A stretch of DNA of 64,000 nt from Rebecca billardiae RCC1528 (lineage: Eukaryota; Protista; Haptophyta): assembly GCA_965240325.2 (NCBI GenBank), contig OZ251224.1:1922001-1986000 (forward strand). The letters are read 5' to 3'. Made by a program: the position numbers and the translations under genes. The notes beneath the pieces are model-generated. The model was not told the DNA's origin, did no database searches, and was given only the letters and a program-made list of their open reading frames with translations. Shown here one piece after another: positions 29,428-39,965 of this stretch; the first letter of the stretch is position 1; each line of letters begins with the position of its first letter.

Positions 29428-31407
29428 ATGGCCAAGCGCACGGCGAAGCAGCGGGCATCTGCGGGGGCGGAGGGCGGCAAGGGCGGAGGTGCCGCGCCGC
29501 CCAAGCCGAAGAAGGCGCGCGACGCCGTGCCCGGCCTGCTGACCACGCCGCTGCTCACCGACGAGGCGGCGCTGCGCGCGGCGCGTGACGCGTACGCCAA
29601 GGCCAAGCCGTATGCGCACACGTCCTTCGAGGGCCTGTGCGACCCGGCGCACCTCGCCGCGGCCCGCGAGGAGGTGGTGCAGCACATGCGCGCCACGTTC
29701 AAGGAGACCGATCTCTTCAAGCTGCTCCAGGTGCCCCAGGATCTCGCCTGCCTCGAGCAGACCGCGCCGGACGTCGCGCGCCGCTGCCCGCACCTGCTCG
29801 CGCTGCGCGACGCAATCTACTCGGAGCCGTTCCGCCGGATGGTGCGCGAGCTGACGGGCTGCGGCCCGCTCTCGACGAAGACGGACTGCTCCGTCAACGT
29901 GTACACCAAGGGCTCGCACCTGCTCTGCCACGACGACGTGATCGGCACGCGCCGACTGTCGTACATCATCTACCTGACAGACCCAGAGGCGCGCTGGACG
30001 GAGGCGGACGGCGGCGCGCTCGAGCTCTTCCCGCTGGGCAAGGGCGGAGGCGGGAAGGGCGGCGGCGCGCCCGCGCAGCCCGCGCCCGTGCCCACCTGCC
30101 GCGTGCTGCCCCACTGGAACTCGATGGCCATCTTCGAGGTCGTGCCGGGCGTCTCGTTCCACGCGGTGCAGGAGGTGCTCACCGCGCGGCCGCGCATGTC
30201 CATCCAGGGCTGGTTCCACCGGCCCGCGGAGGAGGAGGTTCCGGCGCACTTCGCCTCGCTCGCGCAGCTCAAGGGCTCCGCGTCGGACGCCGCCGCGCCC
30301 GCGCCGTTCGTCCCGCTCCCGCCGTGCGTCCCGCCCGCTGACGCCGAGCCGTCCTCCGCGCTCGAGCGCGCGGACGCGCACGAGCTCGCGCGCTGGATCA
30401 ACCCGACCTACCTGCAGCCGGAGTCGATCGCGCAGATCCAGCGGCAGTTCTGCAAGGCGTCGTCGATGCAGCTGCGCGGCTTCCTGCGCGACGACGTCGC
30501 GGCGCGCATCACCGGCCTCGCCCGCGCCACGGACCGCGCGGACGGCGTGCTCGGCGTCGCGGCGCCGAGCGAGACGCTCGCGGGCGCGCTGTGCAAACGG
30601 CACGAGCTCGGCGTCGGCCGAGCGGGCTGGCGGCTGATCGGCCCGCCGCACATGCAGCGGTACATGCGGTACGACGCGGGCGAGGCGGGCGCGCCCGCGC
30701 GCGAGCCCTCGGTCGGCGCCGCCCTCGACGAGCTGCACACCGCGCTCGGCCGCTCCGGCGCGTTCGTCCGGTACCTGCGCACGCTCACGAACCTGAGCGT
30801 GGTCGGCTCGAGGGCGGTGGTGCGGCGCTTCCGGCCCGGATTGGACTACACCGTCGCGCACGCGGCGTCGATGCCGCCGCCGTCGTCGGCGTTCCTCGAC
30901 GCGACGCTGTGCTTCGTCGACGAGGGCGACGACGGCCCCGCCAGCGGCGGCGGAGGCGCCAGGTCGGGCGGCAAGAAGCCCAAGGGCGCGCGGAAGGCGC
31001 GAGCGCCCGCGCCGCCAACCCTCGAGCGCGAGCTGTGGCACAGCGGCGACGTGGGCGGCTTTGAGGCGTACCTCGGCGCGGAGGAGGACGACGACCCGGA
31101 GGTGACCGCGGTGTACAAGACAGGCGACGGAAAGGGCGGCGACGAGGACGACGAGGGCGACCTGCTCAACGTCGAGGCCTCCTCGAACACGCTCAACCTC
31201 GTGATGCGCGACGCCGGCACGCTGCGCTTTGTCAAGTACGTGAGCGCGCGCGCGCCCGGCAGCCGGTGGGACGTGGCCATGGAGTTTGAGATCGACCCCA
31301 AGGACCTCGAGCACGGTGACGAGGAGGAGGGCGAGGACGAGGACGACAGCAGCGAGGAGGGAGAGTCAGAGGAGGAGGAGGATGACGACGAGGACGAGGA
31401 CGACTGA
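29428..31407 (+). CDS. OGFOD1: Prolyl hydroxylase OGFOD1/Tpa1 (2OG-Fe(II) dioxygenase with Ofd1 C-terminal domain)
   Basis: FKETDLFKLLQ, GSHLLCHDDVIGTRRLSYIIYL, SFHAVQEV, RMSIQGWFH, RRFRPGLDYTVA, NTLNLVMRD...FVKYVS. Confidence 0.9.
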   Translation: MAKRTAKQRASAGAEGGKGGGAAPPKPKKARDAVPGLLTTPLLTDEAALRAARDAYAKAKPYAHTSFEGLCDPAHLAAAREEVVQHMRATFKETDLFKLLQVPQDLACLEQTAPDVARRCPHLLALRDAIYSEPFRRMVRELTGCGPLSTKTDCSVNVYTKGSHLLCHDDVIGTRRLSYIIYLTDPEARWTEADGGALELFPLGKGGGGKGGGAPAQPAPVPTCRVLPHWNSMAIFEVVPGVSFHAVQEVLTARPRMSIQGWFHRPAEEEVPAHFASLAQLKGSASDAAAPAPFVPLPPCVPPADAEPSSALERADAHELARWINPTYLQPESIAQIQRQFCKASSMQLRGFLRDDVAARITGLARATDRADGVLGVAAPSETLAGALCKRHELGVGRAGWRLIGPPHMQRYMRYDAGEAGAPAREPSVGAALDELHTALGRSGAFVRYLRTLTNLSVVGSRAVVRRFRPGLDYTVAHAASMPPPSSAFLDATLCFVDEGDDGPASGGGGARSGGKKPKGARKARAPAPPTLERELWHSGDVGGFEAYLGAEEDDDPEVTAVYKTGDGKGGDEDDEGDLLNVEASSNTLNLVMRDAGTLRFVKYVSARAPGSRWDVAMEFEIDPKDLEHGDEEEGEDEDDSSEEGESEEEEDDDEDEDD

Positions 31408-31708
31408 CACAAAGAAAGTTCTGAAGCGGCAGCGCGTTCAATGTGGCCCCACGGGCACGGCCACGTGGTTTTCATAGAACCAACAGGGTACAGTATACTT
31501 GCACTTGGGACTTGGCCGGGCGGGCCACGGTGCATGGTGATTGTAACTAGACCAGTACAGTACAGGAGAGATTGACGACTCGTCCTATGGGTACCTGGGC
31601 GCCGTGTGCGCGTTTCTCACACATCTGTCATGACGAAGACGTACCGCCGCCATCGTTCCTCGGCGGGCATCACTCCAACACTGGCAGGATGGCGGCGCCA
31701 ATCGCGCC

Positions 31709-33136
31709 ATGAACAGTGACGCAGTCGAAGTGACCGACACCGTCGACGCAGGACGAGGGCTGAAATCGCGGAGGAGGCTGGGCGCTGGAGAGTTGATCAT
31801 CTTTGCAGACGAGCCGCTAGTGTGCACCCCAACCCACGGGCTCCGCACGACGGCGCCGGTTTGCCCGGGATGCCTCGAGTTTCTCGGCAGCCCGGCCGAG
31901 CAGTTGTCTGAGCTGACTTGTGGAGTGCGGGACCCGCCCTCGGATGAGCTCCCTCAGGGCCATTGCTCGACGGTTTGCCGGCAAAGGGCCGTGGCCCACG
32001 CCGCGCTGCTCACTCGGTTTGCATCCCTGCCAGCTGCAGAGCGCATTGGTCGTGAGCTGGTCGTGCTTGCATGCAGCCTGCTGGCATCCCCCGAGCACCT
32101 CGATCGCTTCCACGCGCCGCTGTACGAAGAGCGCGGCGTCGAGCGCGACCCGGACAGCGCGAGCGACGTAGACGCGCTTTGGCAGGCAATGCCACCCCCC
32201 GCTCCTTCTCGGCAGCAGCTCTCTCGAGCCCTGGGAGTGCTCGCGACCAACGGCGTCGAGGTGAAGCTGCCGAGTGCGGCCGTGTTCCGCGTGCACGAGC
32301 TGCTCGACCCGGGGTCGGACGTGCCGGCCGAGGAGCGGCGCATGGCGTGCAGCGCGCTCGCGGACGCCGTTAAGCGCATCCAGGGCGCGCGTGCACACGA
32401 GGACGAAGGTGGCGAGAAGGGCTGGCACGAAGATTGGGGCAATGATCAGCCAAGCGGCAGCAGCGGCAGCGGCAGCGGCAGCGGCAGCGGCAGCGGCAGC
32501 GGCAGCGGCAGCGGCAGCGGCAGCGGCAGCGGCAGCGGCAGCAGCAGCGGCAGCGGCAGCGGCAGCGGCAGCTGCAGCGGCAGCGGCAGCGGCAGCGGCA
32601 GCTGTGCCGACGGCGACGGTGACGGAGGCAGCAGTGCCAACGGGAGCGACGACGACAGCGGGGATGACGATGACGATGACGAGGAGCTGTGGTTCGAGCT
32701 GCGCACGAGCTCTGCCGAGCGGCTGCGCTTCAGCTCGGCGCTCTTCCCGCCCTCGCGCGGCACCGCGCTGTACCGCCACGTGGCGATGCTCAACCATTCG
32801 TGTGCACCCAACTGCCAGATCGTCTGGCCCGCCGACGAGGCCGGGGTCGCGAGGAATCGCGCGTCTGTCGTGCTCGCCACTGACGTCGAGCCAGGCGAGC
32901 CGCTCACGATTAGCTACGTGGACACGCGCCTGGAGGGCACCGAGCGCCGGGAGGCATTGCGCCGGCGCTACGGGTTCGAGTGTCGATGCGAGCGCTGCGC
33001 GCCAGAGTGTTCGGCTCTGGCTCGTGACGCTCAATCGCCGCAGCAGTGCCCGCATGGCACTGGCGGTGTTGATGACCAACGGCTACAGGCACGGACGAGA
33101 GGCGCCGGCGGGTGGAAGCGACGACGCACGACTTGA
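31709..33136 (+). CDS. SMYD-like SET-domain lysine methyltransferase with a poly-(GS)/acidic insertion
   Basis: GRGL...GELI; NHSCAPN; GEPLTISY; post-SET YGFECRCERC. Confidence 0.82.
   Translation: MNSDAVEVTDTVDAGRGLKSRRRLGAGELIIFADEPLVCTPTHGLRTTAPVCPGCLEFLGSPAEQLSELTCGVRDPPSDELPQGHCSTVCRQRAVAHAALLTRFASLPAAERIGRELVVLACSLLASPEHLDRFHAPLYEERGVERDPDSASDVDALWQAMPPPAPSRQQLSRALGVLATNGVEVKLPSAAVFRVHELLDPGSDVPAEERRMACSALADAVKRIQGARAHEDEGGEKGWHEDWGNDQPSGSSGSGSGSGSGSGSGSGSGSGSGSGSGSSSGSGSGSGSCSGSGSGSGSCADGDGDGGSSANGSDDDSGDDDDDDEELWFELRTSSAERLRFSSALFPPSRGTALYRHVAMLNHSCAPNCQIVWPADEAGVARNRASVVLATDVEPGEPLTISYVDTRLEGTERREALRRRYGFECRCERCAPECSALARDAQSPQQCPHGTGGVDDQRLQARTRGAGGWKRRRTT
32453..32602 (+). repeat. 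(GGCAGC)n coding microsatellite (poly-Gly-Ser)
   Basis: Direct observation. Confidence 0.95.
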
Positions 33137-34071
33137 AGAGCGGGGCGCAAGCAGTGTCTGAAGCACGCTCACGTGCCGTGCGCGAGGTATTAGCTCACTA
33201 TTATCATACTGTAGCTAGCACCGCCGCCGGCGTCACTGGCTGAGAAAGAGTCAGACAGAGTCAGAGACTCAGAGTGACGAGACTGAGAGAGATCGACGAG
33301 AGCCAGATCTCGAGAGTCGAGAGAGAGAGAGAGAGAGCAGAGCAGGTGAGTAGCATGTTGAGCTGACGCAGCCTGGGGCGCGCATCTCAGCAGATGGCGT
33401 CGCCGCTGGGACGTCAGGGCCGGCGCCGCACCAGGCGGGCCGGCGGCATCAGCTACGCAGTGGCTGGCTCTGGCGCGCGCGCGGCGCGCGCGGCGGCAGG
33501 AGCGCGAGCGCAGCAGCGCTGGCGCGGAGCGACGTGGACGCGGAGCGCGGACGCGGCAGCGCGGACGCGGAGCGACACGGACGCGGCGCGTGCGCGGGCG
33601 GTACGGCCCGGCGCAGCGCGGCACGGATGGCACGCCGGCGGCACAGGCGGGCGCCATCGTGGAAGAGTCCAAGGAACAACGGACTCGATCACTTCATTCA
33701 TGGACGCCCGGATTCTCAGTTTTGAGAATCGAGAATCCGGGATCATGGGTCCGTGCGCAGCTTACCCAGGTCCGATGACATTACCGAGTACCTGGGGGAA
33801 AGATGAGCTTACGGCGGTGCGTCGGTAACGCCTGCGATTGGCGGACGCACGGAAGCGGGGCTCAGGAAGGTTACAAGATTCCCGAGCCGGGCCGCAAAAC
33901 GCCGTGTCACCCTGCGCAACCGAAAGTTGGTTGCGGCAGGAGGATTAGCTTTGCTCGTCAGAGGAGCGAGGGTCGAGATTGCCTTCGTGGGCGTCACCGA
34001 CGACGCGCCCGAGGACGTGCCGGTGAGCTCTTAGCAGGGCTCGAGACGCTCGGAGCTCGCGTTTACCCAAT

Positions 34072-36693
34072 ATGCATGCAGCGATCGGGAGGGATCGTAC
34101 GCGCGGCGCTTTCTCATCGATCGCGCCGATGGGCACGAGCGGCCGGATGCACGGCTCGGTCGACGTGGGGATGCTCAACGACAAGGGCAATCAGCAGCGC
34201 TGGCTCGCGCAATCGGCGAGCAGGCTGGCGGCGCTTCCGGCGGGGCAAGGTGCTACAATGTCCGCACTGAACGGCATCATCGTGACGCACGGCCCGAACG
34301 CGGAGCACCGCATCAACACGCTCGAGGAGTACAACTCGACGTGGGCAACTTTCAACCCATCCGCGGCGAAGATGATCAAGGTCAGTGCCGAGCGGATGGA
34401 CCTGGCGCGTGAGAACTACGCGCTGCAGCAGCGGCTGCTCGACCATCGCCACGAGCACGAGCGCCGCGAGCACGCCGAGCGCCGGGCCGCGGCGGAACGC
34501 GCGGCGGCGGCGGCGGCGGGGGCGAGGCAGGCGCCAAGCTACGCGCAGGCTGCCTCGGCGGGCGCGGGGAGTGGTTTAGCCACTCCGGGTGGCCCGACGG
34601 CGACCGGACCGGGTTCAGGTCCGGCGGCGGGCGGCGGATCCGGAATTTCTCCGGGTCCGGCGGCCGGCACACCCAGTCCGGGTGTGGGCACAGGCGGCGC
34701 TGCAGATGCGCCGGCTGGGACTGACGGCGCGACGCCTGTGGGCGGCGCCGGCGTCGGCGCGGTGCCTACGGGCGGCGCCGGCGGGATCGGTGGCGCGGCG
34801 CCCGCGGGCGGCGCTGCCGTGACGCTCGATCCGCGCGCGCGCGAGCTCTACCGCCGCGAGCGCGAGACCGAGGAACAGATGTATGAGCGGCAGGCGAGCG
34901 AGCACGCCATGCTGGACATCAAGCTCCGACAGAGCGTGTTGGAGGCAGCGCCGGACGGCGACGAGGCGGACCCCGCCAAGTACGCCGGGGCGCAGTACGA
35001 GAAAGGGACGGCTTTCTTACGCACCGAGCTGCGGTCGTGGGTGACGGAGGCTGCGTGGCAGCACATCAACCGCCTCATGGAGACGCAGCCGGAGGTGCAG
35101 GAGGAGCGCGCGCGCCGGGGCGCACTTACGCCGGGGCGCGAGTTTCTGTACCTGTGGAAGACGATCCTGCGCATGCGCAAGCCCGACGACATGCGGAAGT
35201 ACATGTCGGTGCGGGCACGCTGGCATCGGACGGTCCTGCCGGACTGTGGCAAGGACGGCGTCGGCGCCCTCGAGCTCTTCCAGGTGCTACAGCACAACCA
35301 CGTGCTGCTGCAGGAGCTGAGTGACGCAGCGCCAGCGGCGGAGATGCTTGCGCGGCTCATCGAGTTCATTCCGTCGGTGGGCGCGGGCATCGAGATGCGG
35401 ACGCGGTACGAGTCGAAGGACTACAGGACCGTGACGAACTTCGACGTGCAGGAGCTCGTGCACGAGCTCAACGGCAAGTTCGAGGACTGGGACTTCTCCA
35501 AGGGCAAGCGGGTTGACCGCGGCGGCCCTGGGCGCCCAGGGGCGGGTGGCCGCACGCCAGGAGGCGGCGGCGCTACCCGCGCGCACCCAATCGACGGGCT
35601 CCGCCTGGCGCAGGCGGCGGCGGCGTCGGCGGGTGGCGGCGGCGGCGACACGACGTCGCCGGCTGGCCGTGGTGGCGGCGGCGGAGGTCGTGGCGGTGGC
35701 GGCGGCGGCACTGGCCGCGGCGCCGGCCGCGGAGGCCAGGACGACTCCGACGACGCGCACGGGCCGCGCTGCTACAAGTGCGGCGCCGTGGGGCACATCA
35801 AGCGTTACTGCCCGCAGGTGACGCAGGCTGATCGCGACTCGAACGCTGGCGATGACGCGGCGTCGACGCGGTCGGATCGCAGCCGTGGCTCACTGCGGAG
35901 CGGCGGCAGCGGTGGCGGCGGCGGCAGCGGGGGGAGCACCCGCGCCGTGGTCGGTAATGGCAACGGCGGCGGCACGGTCCGCACGCAGGTCGCGTTCGCT
36001 CCCGAGCAGGGAGACGAGCCCGACGGCGCCGTTGGTGGCGACGGTGACGCTGACGCCGGAGACGGCGGCGGCGCCGGCGCCGGACTCGGCTTGGCGCCTA
36101 TTGGCGCGGCTATCGGCGGCAGGGCGCAGCGCGACGAGGACATTGAGATCGTCGCGGCGCGGGCGGCCGAGGCACGCGTGGCGCCGCCGGAGGACAACAC
36201 GCGGGCGTTGGTGTTTGACACTGGCGCACGGAAGAACATCGCCATGGCCGAGGATTTGACGAATCTTACCCCGGTGGACGGCGCATGTCAGATCGAGTGG
36301 GGGAACGGTGCGCGGGAGCGGGTCACTCACCGCGGGACCCTGGTGGTCAAGCTTGCGGCGGACGACGACAGCGACAAGGTCCTCACGCTCGAGATCGAGG
36401 CGTGGGCGTCGCGGCGCGTCACGGCGCCGCTGCTGTCGGTCGAGCACTGCGCGGACGCAGGCATCGAGTTCCACTACTCGCAGCGCGGCAACACTGCGGA
36501 CTTTACGGCGCTGGGAGGCGGCGTCGTGCAGCTGCCGCGCGATTCCACGCTGCGCGCCGAGATCGTACGGCGCCAGGTGGGGCCGGACGTCGGCGATGCG
36601 CCGGCGGAGGCGCGCGCACGGCGCAGGGCGCCAGTGCGGCGCGTGGGCGCGGGGCGGGGGCGCATTGGCGCTGCGCCGCCCCCAAACGCCTAA
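34072..36693 (+). CDS. gag: Copia Gag-protease ORF (true start may be a downstream ATG)
   Basis: CCHC knuckle CYKCGAVGHIKRYC; aspartic protease LVFDTGA...PLLSV. Confidence 0.85.
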   Translation: MHAAIGRDRTRGAFSSIAPMGTSGRMHGSVDVGMLNDKGNQQRWLAQSASRLAALPAGQGATMSALNGIIVTHGPNAEHRINTLEEYNSTWATFNPSAAKMIKVSAERMDLARENYALQQRLLDHRHEHERREHAERRAAAERAAAAAAGARQAPSYAQAASAGAGSGLATPGGPTATGPGSGPAAGGGSGISPGPAAGTPSPGVGTGGAADAPAGTDGATPVGGAGVGAVPTGGAGGIGGAAPAGGAAVTLDPRARELYRRERETEEQMYERQASEHAMLDIKLRQSVLEAAPDGDEADPAKYAGAQYEKGTAFLRTELRSWVTEAAWQHINRLMETQPEVQEERARRGALTPGREFLYLWKTILRMRKPDDMRKYMSVRARWHRTVLPDCGKDGVGALELFQVLQHNHVLLQELSDAAPAAEMLARLIEFIPSVGAGIEMRTRYESKDYRTVTNFDVQELVHELNGKFEDWDFSKGKRVDRGGPGRPGAGGRTPGGGGATRAHPIDGLRLAQAAAASAGGGGGDTTSPAGRGGGGGGRGGGGGGTGRGAGRGGQDDSDDAHGPRCYKCGAVGHIKRYCPQVTQADRDSNAGDDAASTRSDRSRGSLRSGGSGGGGGSGGSTRAVVGNGNGGGTVRTQVAFAPEQGDEPDGAVGGDGDADAGDGGGAGAGLGLAPIGAAIGGRAQRDEDIEIVAARAAEARVAPPEDNTRALVFDTGARKNIAMAEDLTNLTPVDGACQIEWGNGARERVTHRGTLVVKLAADDDSDKVLTLEIEAWASRRVTAPLLSVEHCADAGIEFHYSQRGNTADFTALGGGVVQLPRDSTLRAEIVRRQVGPDVGDAPAEARARRRAPVRRVGAGRGRIGAAPPPNA

Positions 36694-39600
36694 GCCCGGA
36701 ACCCGCGCAGGTGCGAACCACAAACACTACGGAGGCGGCGCGAGGCGCTGATCCGGCGTGGTTACGCACTTGGTCGGTTCGAACGGGCACCAATGACCAA
36801 CGTCTACTCGAGCGCACGCGACGCGTGGCCGAGGGGATGGAGGGGGCGAACGCGCGGCGTGAGCCGCTTGACGAGCAGTCGGCGGCGGGCATGACGCGGC
36901 GGTCGTTCGCGGACGCAATGCCGACGGCGCACTACCCTGGGCAGGTGACGCACGTCGACATCTTCTCTATGGCGCGCATCGACTTACCAGTTGGGGCCGA
37001 TGGCGCACGTGGAGGGTATCCTCATGGGATCATATTCATCGATGGGCATTCACGTCGATGGCAAGTGTACGCGCTACGCAGCTTGGATGACGCCGAGGTT
37101 GGTCGGGCATTCCGCTGGTACGCGCAGTTGCTTGGAACAGGGGCCATGCACATGTCGCATTGGGTCCTGGCGTCGGGGTGTACTATGGCGCGACGCCATA
37201 TTCACACCGACGGTGGCTCGACGTTGCTGAGTACGTACGTCGAGGGTGAGCTGGCGAAGCTTGGGTTCTCGTCGACGGTCACGTCGGCGCCCGACTCGCC
37301 GAGCTCGAATGGCGTGGCGGAACGCGCTATCCGCACGCTGAAGTCGAGACTGCGCGCCACGGTCGTTGCGCGTGGAGTCTCGAGGGTCGATTGGCACTAC
37401 GCGGCGTGGCACGCATGCGCGTCGCGCAATCGACTGGCGTCACGTGGTATCATTCGTGACGATGGAGACATCGAGTGGCTCACGCCGGATGAGCTGTTCT
37501 TTGGCAAACGCCCGACGTGGAAGCATCACGTGGCGTTTGGCGCGCGCTGCCGCGTGCTGATGCTGGGCGCACGGCGCAATGCATTGGGGCAGCTGAAGCA
37601 GCGCGCACTACCCGGACGTGTCTATCTCTGGGGTGGGCACGGCGTGCAGTGGCGCGGTACATGGCGCTACGTGCTTGGGTACGTATGTCGTTTAGACGAC
37701 GGACGTCTCGTTCACTCACGTGACGTACGCATCGACGAGACCGACCTGGTCGAGGGGGGGCACTCGTCGCTGGGCGCACCTGACGGTGGCGCGTACGTGG
37801 GTGATGGTGACGGCGCCGCGGTAAGCGGCGGACATCGTCCAGTCGGCGGTGACGCCGACGGTGAGGGCGAGGACGGCGACGGCGGCGAGACGCCAGCCGA
37901 CGCCGGGGATGACGACGCGACAGAGTTCGACGTCGGGTACGACGACGACGCAGATGCGTCAACGTCGGGGCGCGGGCGCAGCAGCGTGGACGCGGGACAA
38001 CGCGGGTGCAGCAGCGCGGGCGCACAGCCGTCGACGCCGACGCCGCAGGGCGGGCGTGGCGGGGCAGGCGCGTCGATGACGCAGCCGGGTCGGCAGGATC
38101 AGATACCGCCGACGGAATCACGGCGCGGGGCCGCAGCAGATGCTGGCGGGCCGCCGCGCGGCGCAGACGGTGACGACGGCGTGATCGAGGACGCGCCGCC
38201 GCCCGGTCTGGATATGGGACACGATCCGCTTCGCAGGGATCGGACATCGCGCCGACGGCCGCAGCTGCTTACTGCCGTCGTCAGCGCCGCGTCGGTGTTC
38301 CAGAAGATCAACGTGAAGGTGCCGACGAACTATCGCGAGGCGATGCGGTCGGCGGAGGCGCCCCAGTGGCAGGGCGCCATGCTCGAGCACTTGGAAGGTC
38401 ACAAGTTGCTCGGCACCTCGGAGGAGGTGGTGGTTCCGGAGGGCACGCGGGTGTTGCCGAGCCAGTGGGTCTTTGACGTGAAGTCGAACCCGGAGGGCGA
38501 GGTGACGCGCTTCAAGGCGCGGTCGGTGCTACTGGGGAACCTACAGCGGCCGGGGATCGACTTTCAGGAGGTCTTTGCTCCGACGATCCGGCCGGAACAA
38601 GTGCGACTACTCGTGGCGATCGCCGCTCAGCAGGCGGGCGCGAGAGTCGACTTGGGTGCAGCGTCGGTTGCGGCGCTGGGCATACTGTCGAAGGGCGACG
38701 TCAAGGACGCGTACCTCAACTCGGAGTTGAAGCCGGATGAGCGGCCTCTCTTCTCATTCCCGCCGGGCTACGTGCCGAGCACGCAGGCGCCGCCGGGGCA
38801 CAAAGTCGTGGGCCGGAGCCTGAAGGCGTATCCGGGCCTACGCCAGTCTGGGCGCGCGTGGCATCGCACGCACCGCACCCAGCTGCTCGCGCGCGGCTTA
38901 TCGGAGTGTCCGAGTGCGCCGTGCATCTACGTCAAGGAGTCGGCGCCGGGCGAGTTCATCATCGCGGGCGGCTTTGTCGACGACTTGCTGTTTCTCAACC
39001 TGACGCGCGACGCGCGCGCGGTGGAGAAGCTGGCGGCTGACCTGAAGGAGCATTACGAGATCAAGCTGAGTGAGCGGCTCGATAAGTTCCTGGGCGCCGT
39101 GTTTGAAGTTCATGACGACGGCATCCTGATGCATCTGGGGCCGTACGTCGAGAGCGTGCTTCAGCGGTTCGGTTTGAACGCAAGCACGCCGGCGCGCACG
39201 CCGGAGCCGGCGGCGCGGGCGCAGCTGAGCGACGACGACGAGGCGTTGCTGCAGCGCGCGGAGATTGAGAACTACCAGGCGATGGTGGGATGTCTCGTGT
39301 TTGCGATGGTCACGGCGCGGCCGGACATCGCGCACGCGGTGAACATGCTGACGCGACGCATGTCATGTCCGCGGGCGGTGGATCTGGTAAGTGCGAAGCG
39401 CGTGCTGCGCTACTTACGTGGATGCCCGCGATTGGGAATCTTGTTCAAGTTTGCGACAGATTCCGAGCACCCCGACCTACTTGCTTTCGCTGACTCCGAT
39501 TGGGCAAGCAATCCGGTGGAGACCAAGGGCAGGTCGACGGGTGGATACATTGTGTTCTACAATGGGGCGCCGGTGTCGTGGCACAGCGGGCTGCAAGGTA

Positions 39601-39965
39601 CAGTCTCGCTGAGCTCGACGGAGGCGGAGTACGTCGCGCTGAGCGATTGCTGCCGCGAGGTGAGCTACTTGCGGAGCATACTCGAGTCCATGCGGCAGCC
39701 GCCGCGGGCCGCGACGGAGGTGCGAGAGGACAACAAGGGGGCTATCGACCTCGTGGAGAATCCTGTGCACCACAAGCGCTCGAAGCACATCGAGATCAAG
39801 CATCACTATGTGCGTGACGCGCAGGAGGGTGGCAAGGTGAAGGTGGTCAAGGTACACACCTCACTCAACCACTCTGACATCATGACGAAGGCGACGGACG
39901 GTGCGACGTTCAAGCGGCACGCCGACGCCATCATGGTGGACCGACACCCGACGCGCGCGCGGTAA
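36681..39965 (+). CDS. pol: Copia integrase-RT-RNase H ORF in the -1 frame relative to gag-PR
   Basis: INT HVDIF / HTDGG / NGVAER; RT RFKAR, DVKDAYL, YPGLRQSGRAW, FVDD; RNase H FADSDWA, SSTEAEY, EDNKGA, KHIEIKHHYVRD, SDIMTK. Confidence 0.9.
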   Translation, partial: PKRLSPEPAQVRTTNTTEAARGADPAWLRTWSVRTGTNDQRLLERTRRVAEGMEGANARREPLDEQSAAGMTRRSFADAMPTAHYPGQVTHVDIFSMARIDLPVGADGARGGYPHGIIFIDGHSRRWQVYALRSLDDAEVGRAFRWYAQLLGTGAMHMSHWVLASGCTMARRHIHTDGGSTLLSTYVEGELAKLGFSSTVTSAPDSPSSNGVAERAIRTLKSRLRATVVARGVSRVDWHYAAWHACASRNRLASRGIIRDDGDIEWLTPDELFFGKRPTWKHHVAFGARCRVLMLGARRNALGQLKQRALPGRVYLWGGHGVQWRGTWRYVLGYVCRLDDGRLVHSRDVRIDETDLVEGGHSSLGAPDGGAYVGDGDGAAVSGGHRPVGGDADGEGEDGDGGETPADAGDDDATEFDVGYDDDADASTSGRGRSSVDAGQRGCSSAGAQPSTPTPQGGRGGAGASMTQPGRQDQIPPTESRRGAAADAGGPPRGADGDDGVIEDAPPPGLDMGHDPLRRDRTSRRRPQLLTAVVSAASVFQKINVKVPTNYREAMRSAEAPQWQGAMLEHLEGHKLLGTSEEVVVPEGTRVLPSQWVFDVKSNPEGEVTRFKARSVLLGNLQRPGIDFQEVFAPTIRPEQVRLLVAIAAQQAGARVDLGAASVAALGILSKGDVKDAYLNSELKPDERPLFSFPPGYVPSTQAPPGHKVVGRSLKAYPGLRQSGRAWHRTHRTQLLARGLSECPSAPCIYVKESAPGEFIIAGGFVDDLLFLNLTRDARAVEKLAADLKEHYEIKLSERLDKFLGAVFEVHDDGILMHLGPYVESVLQRFGLNASTPARTPEPAARAQLSDDDEALLQRAEIENYQAMVGCLVFAMVTARPDIAHAVNMLTRRMSCPRAVDLVSAKRVLRYLRGCPRLGILFKFATDSEHPDLLAFADSDWASNPVETKGRSTGGYIVFYNGAPVSWHSGLQGTVSLSSTEAEYVALSDCCREVSYLRSILESMRQPPRAATEVREDNKGAIDLVENPVHHKRSKHIEIKHHYVRDAQEGGKVKVVKVHTSLNHSDIMTKATDGATFKRHADAIMVDRHPTRAR

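Noticed and set aside
32274-33161. Poly-Ala protein ORFs on either strand
   Set aside because: Alternative frames of the (GGCAGC)n tract inside the SET-domain gene.
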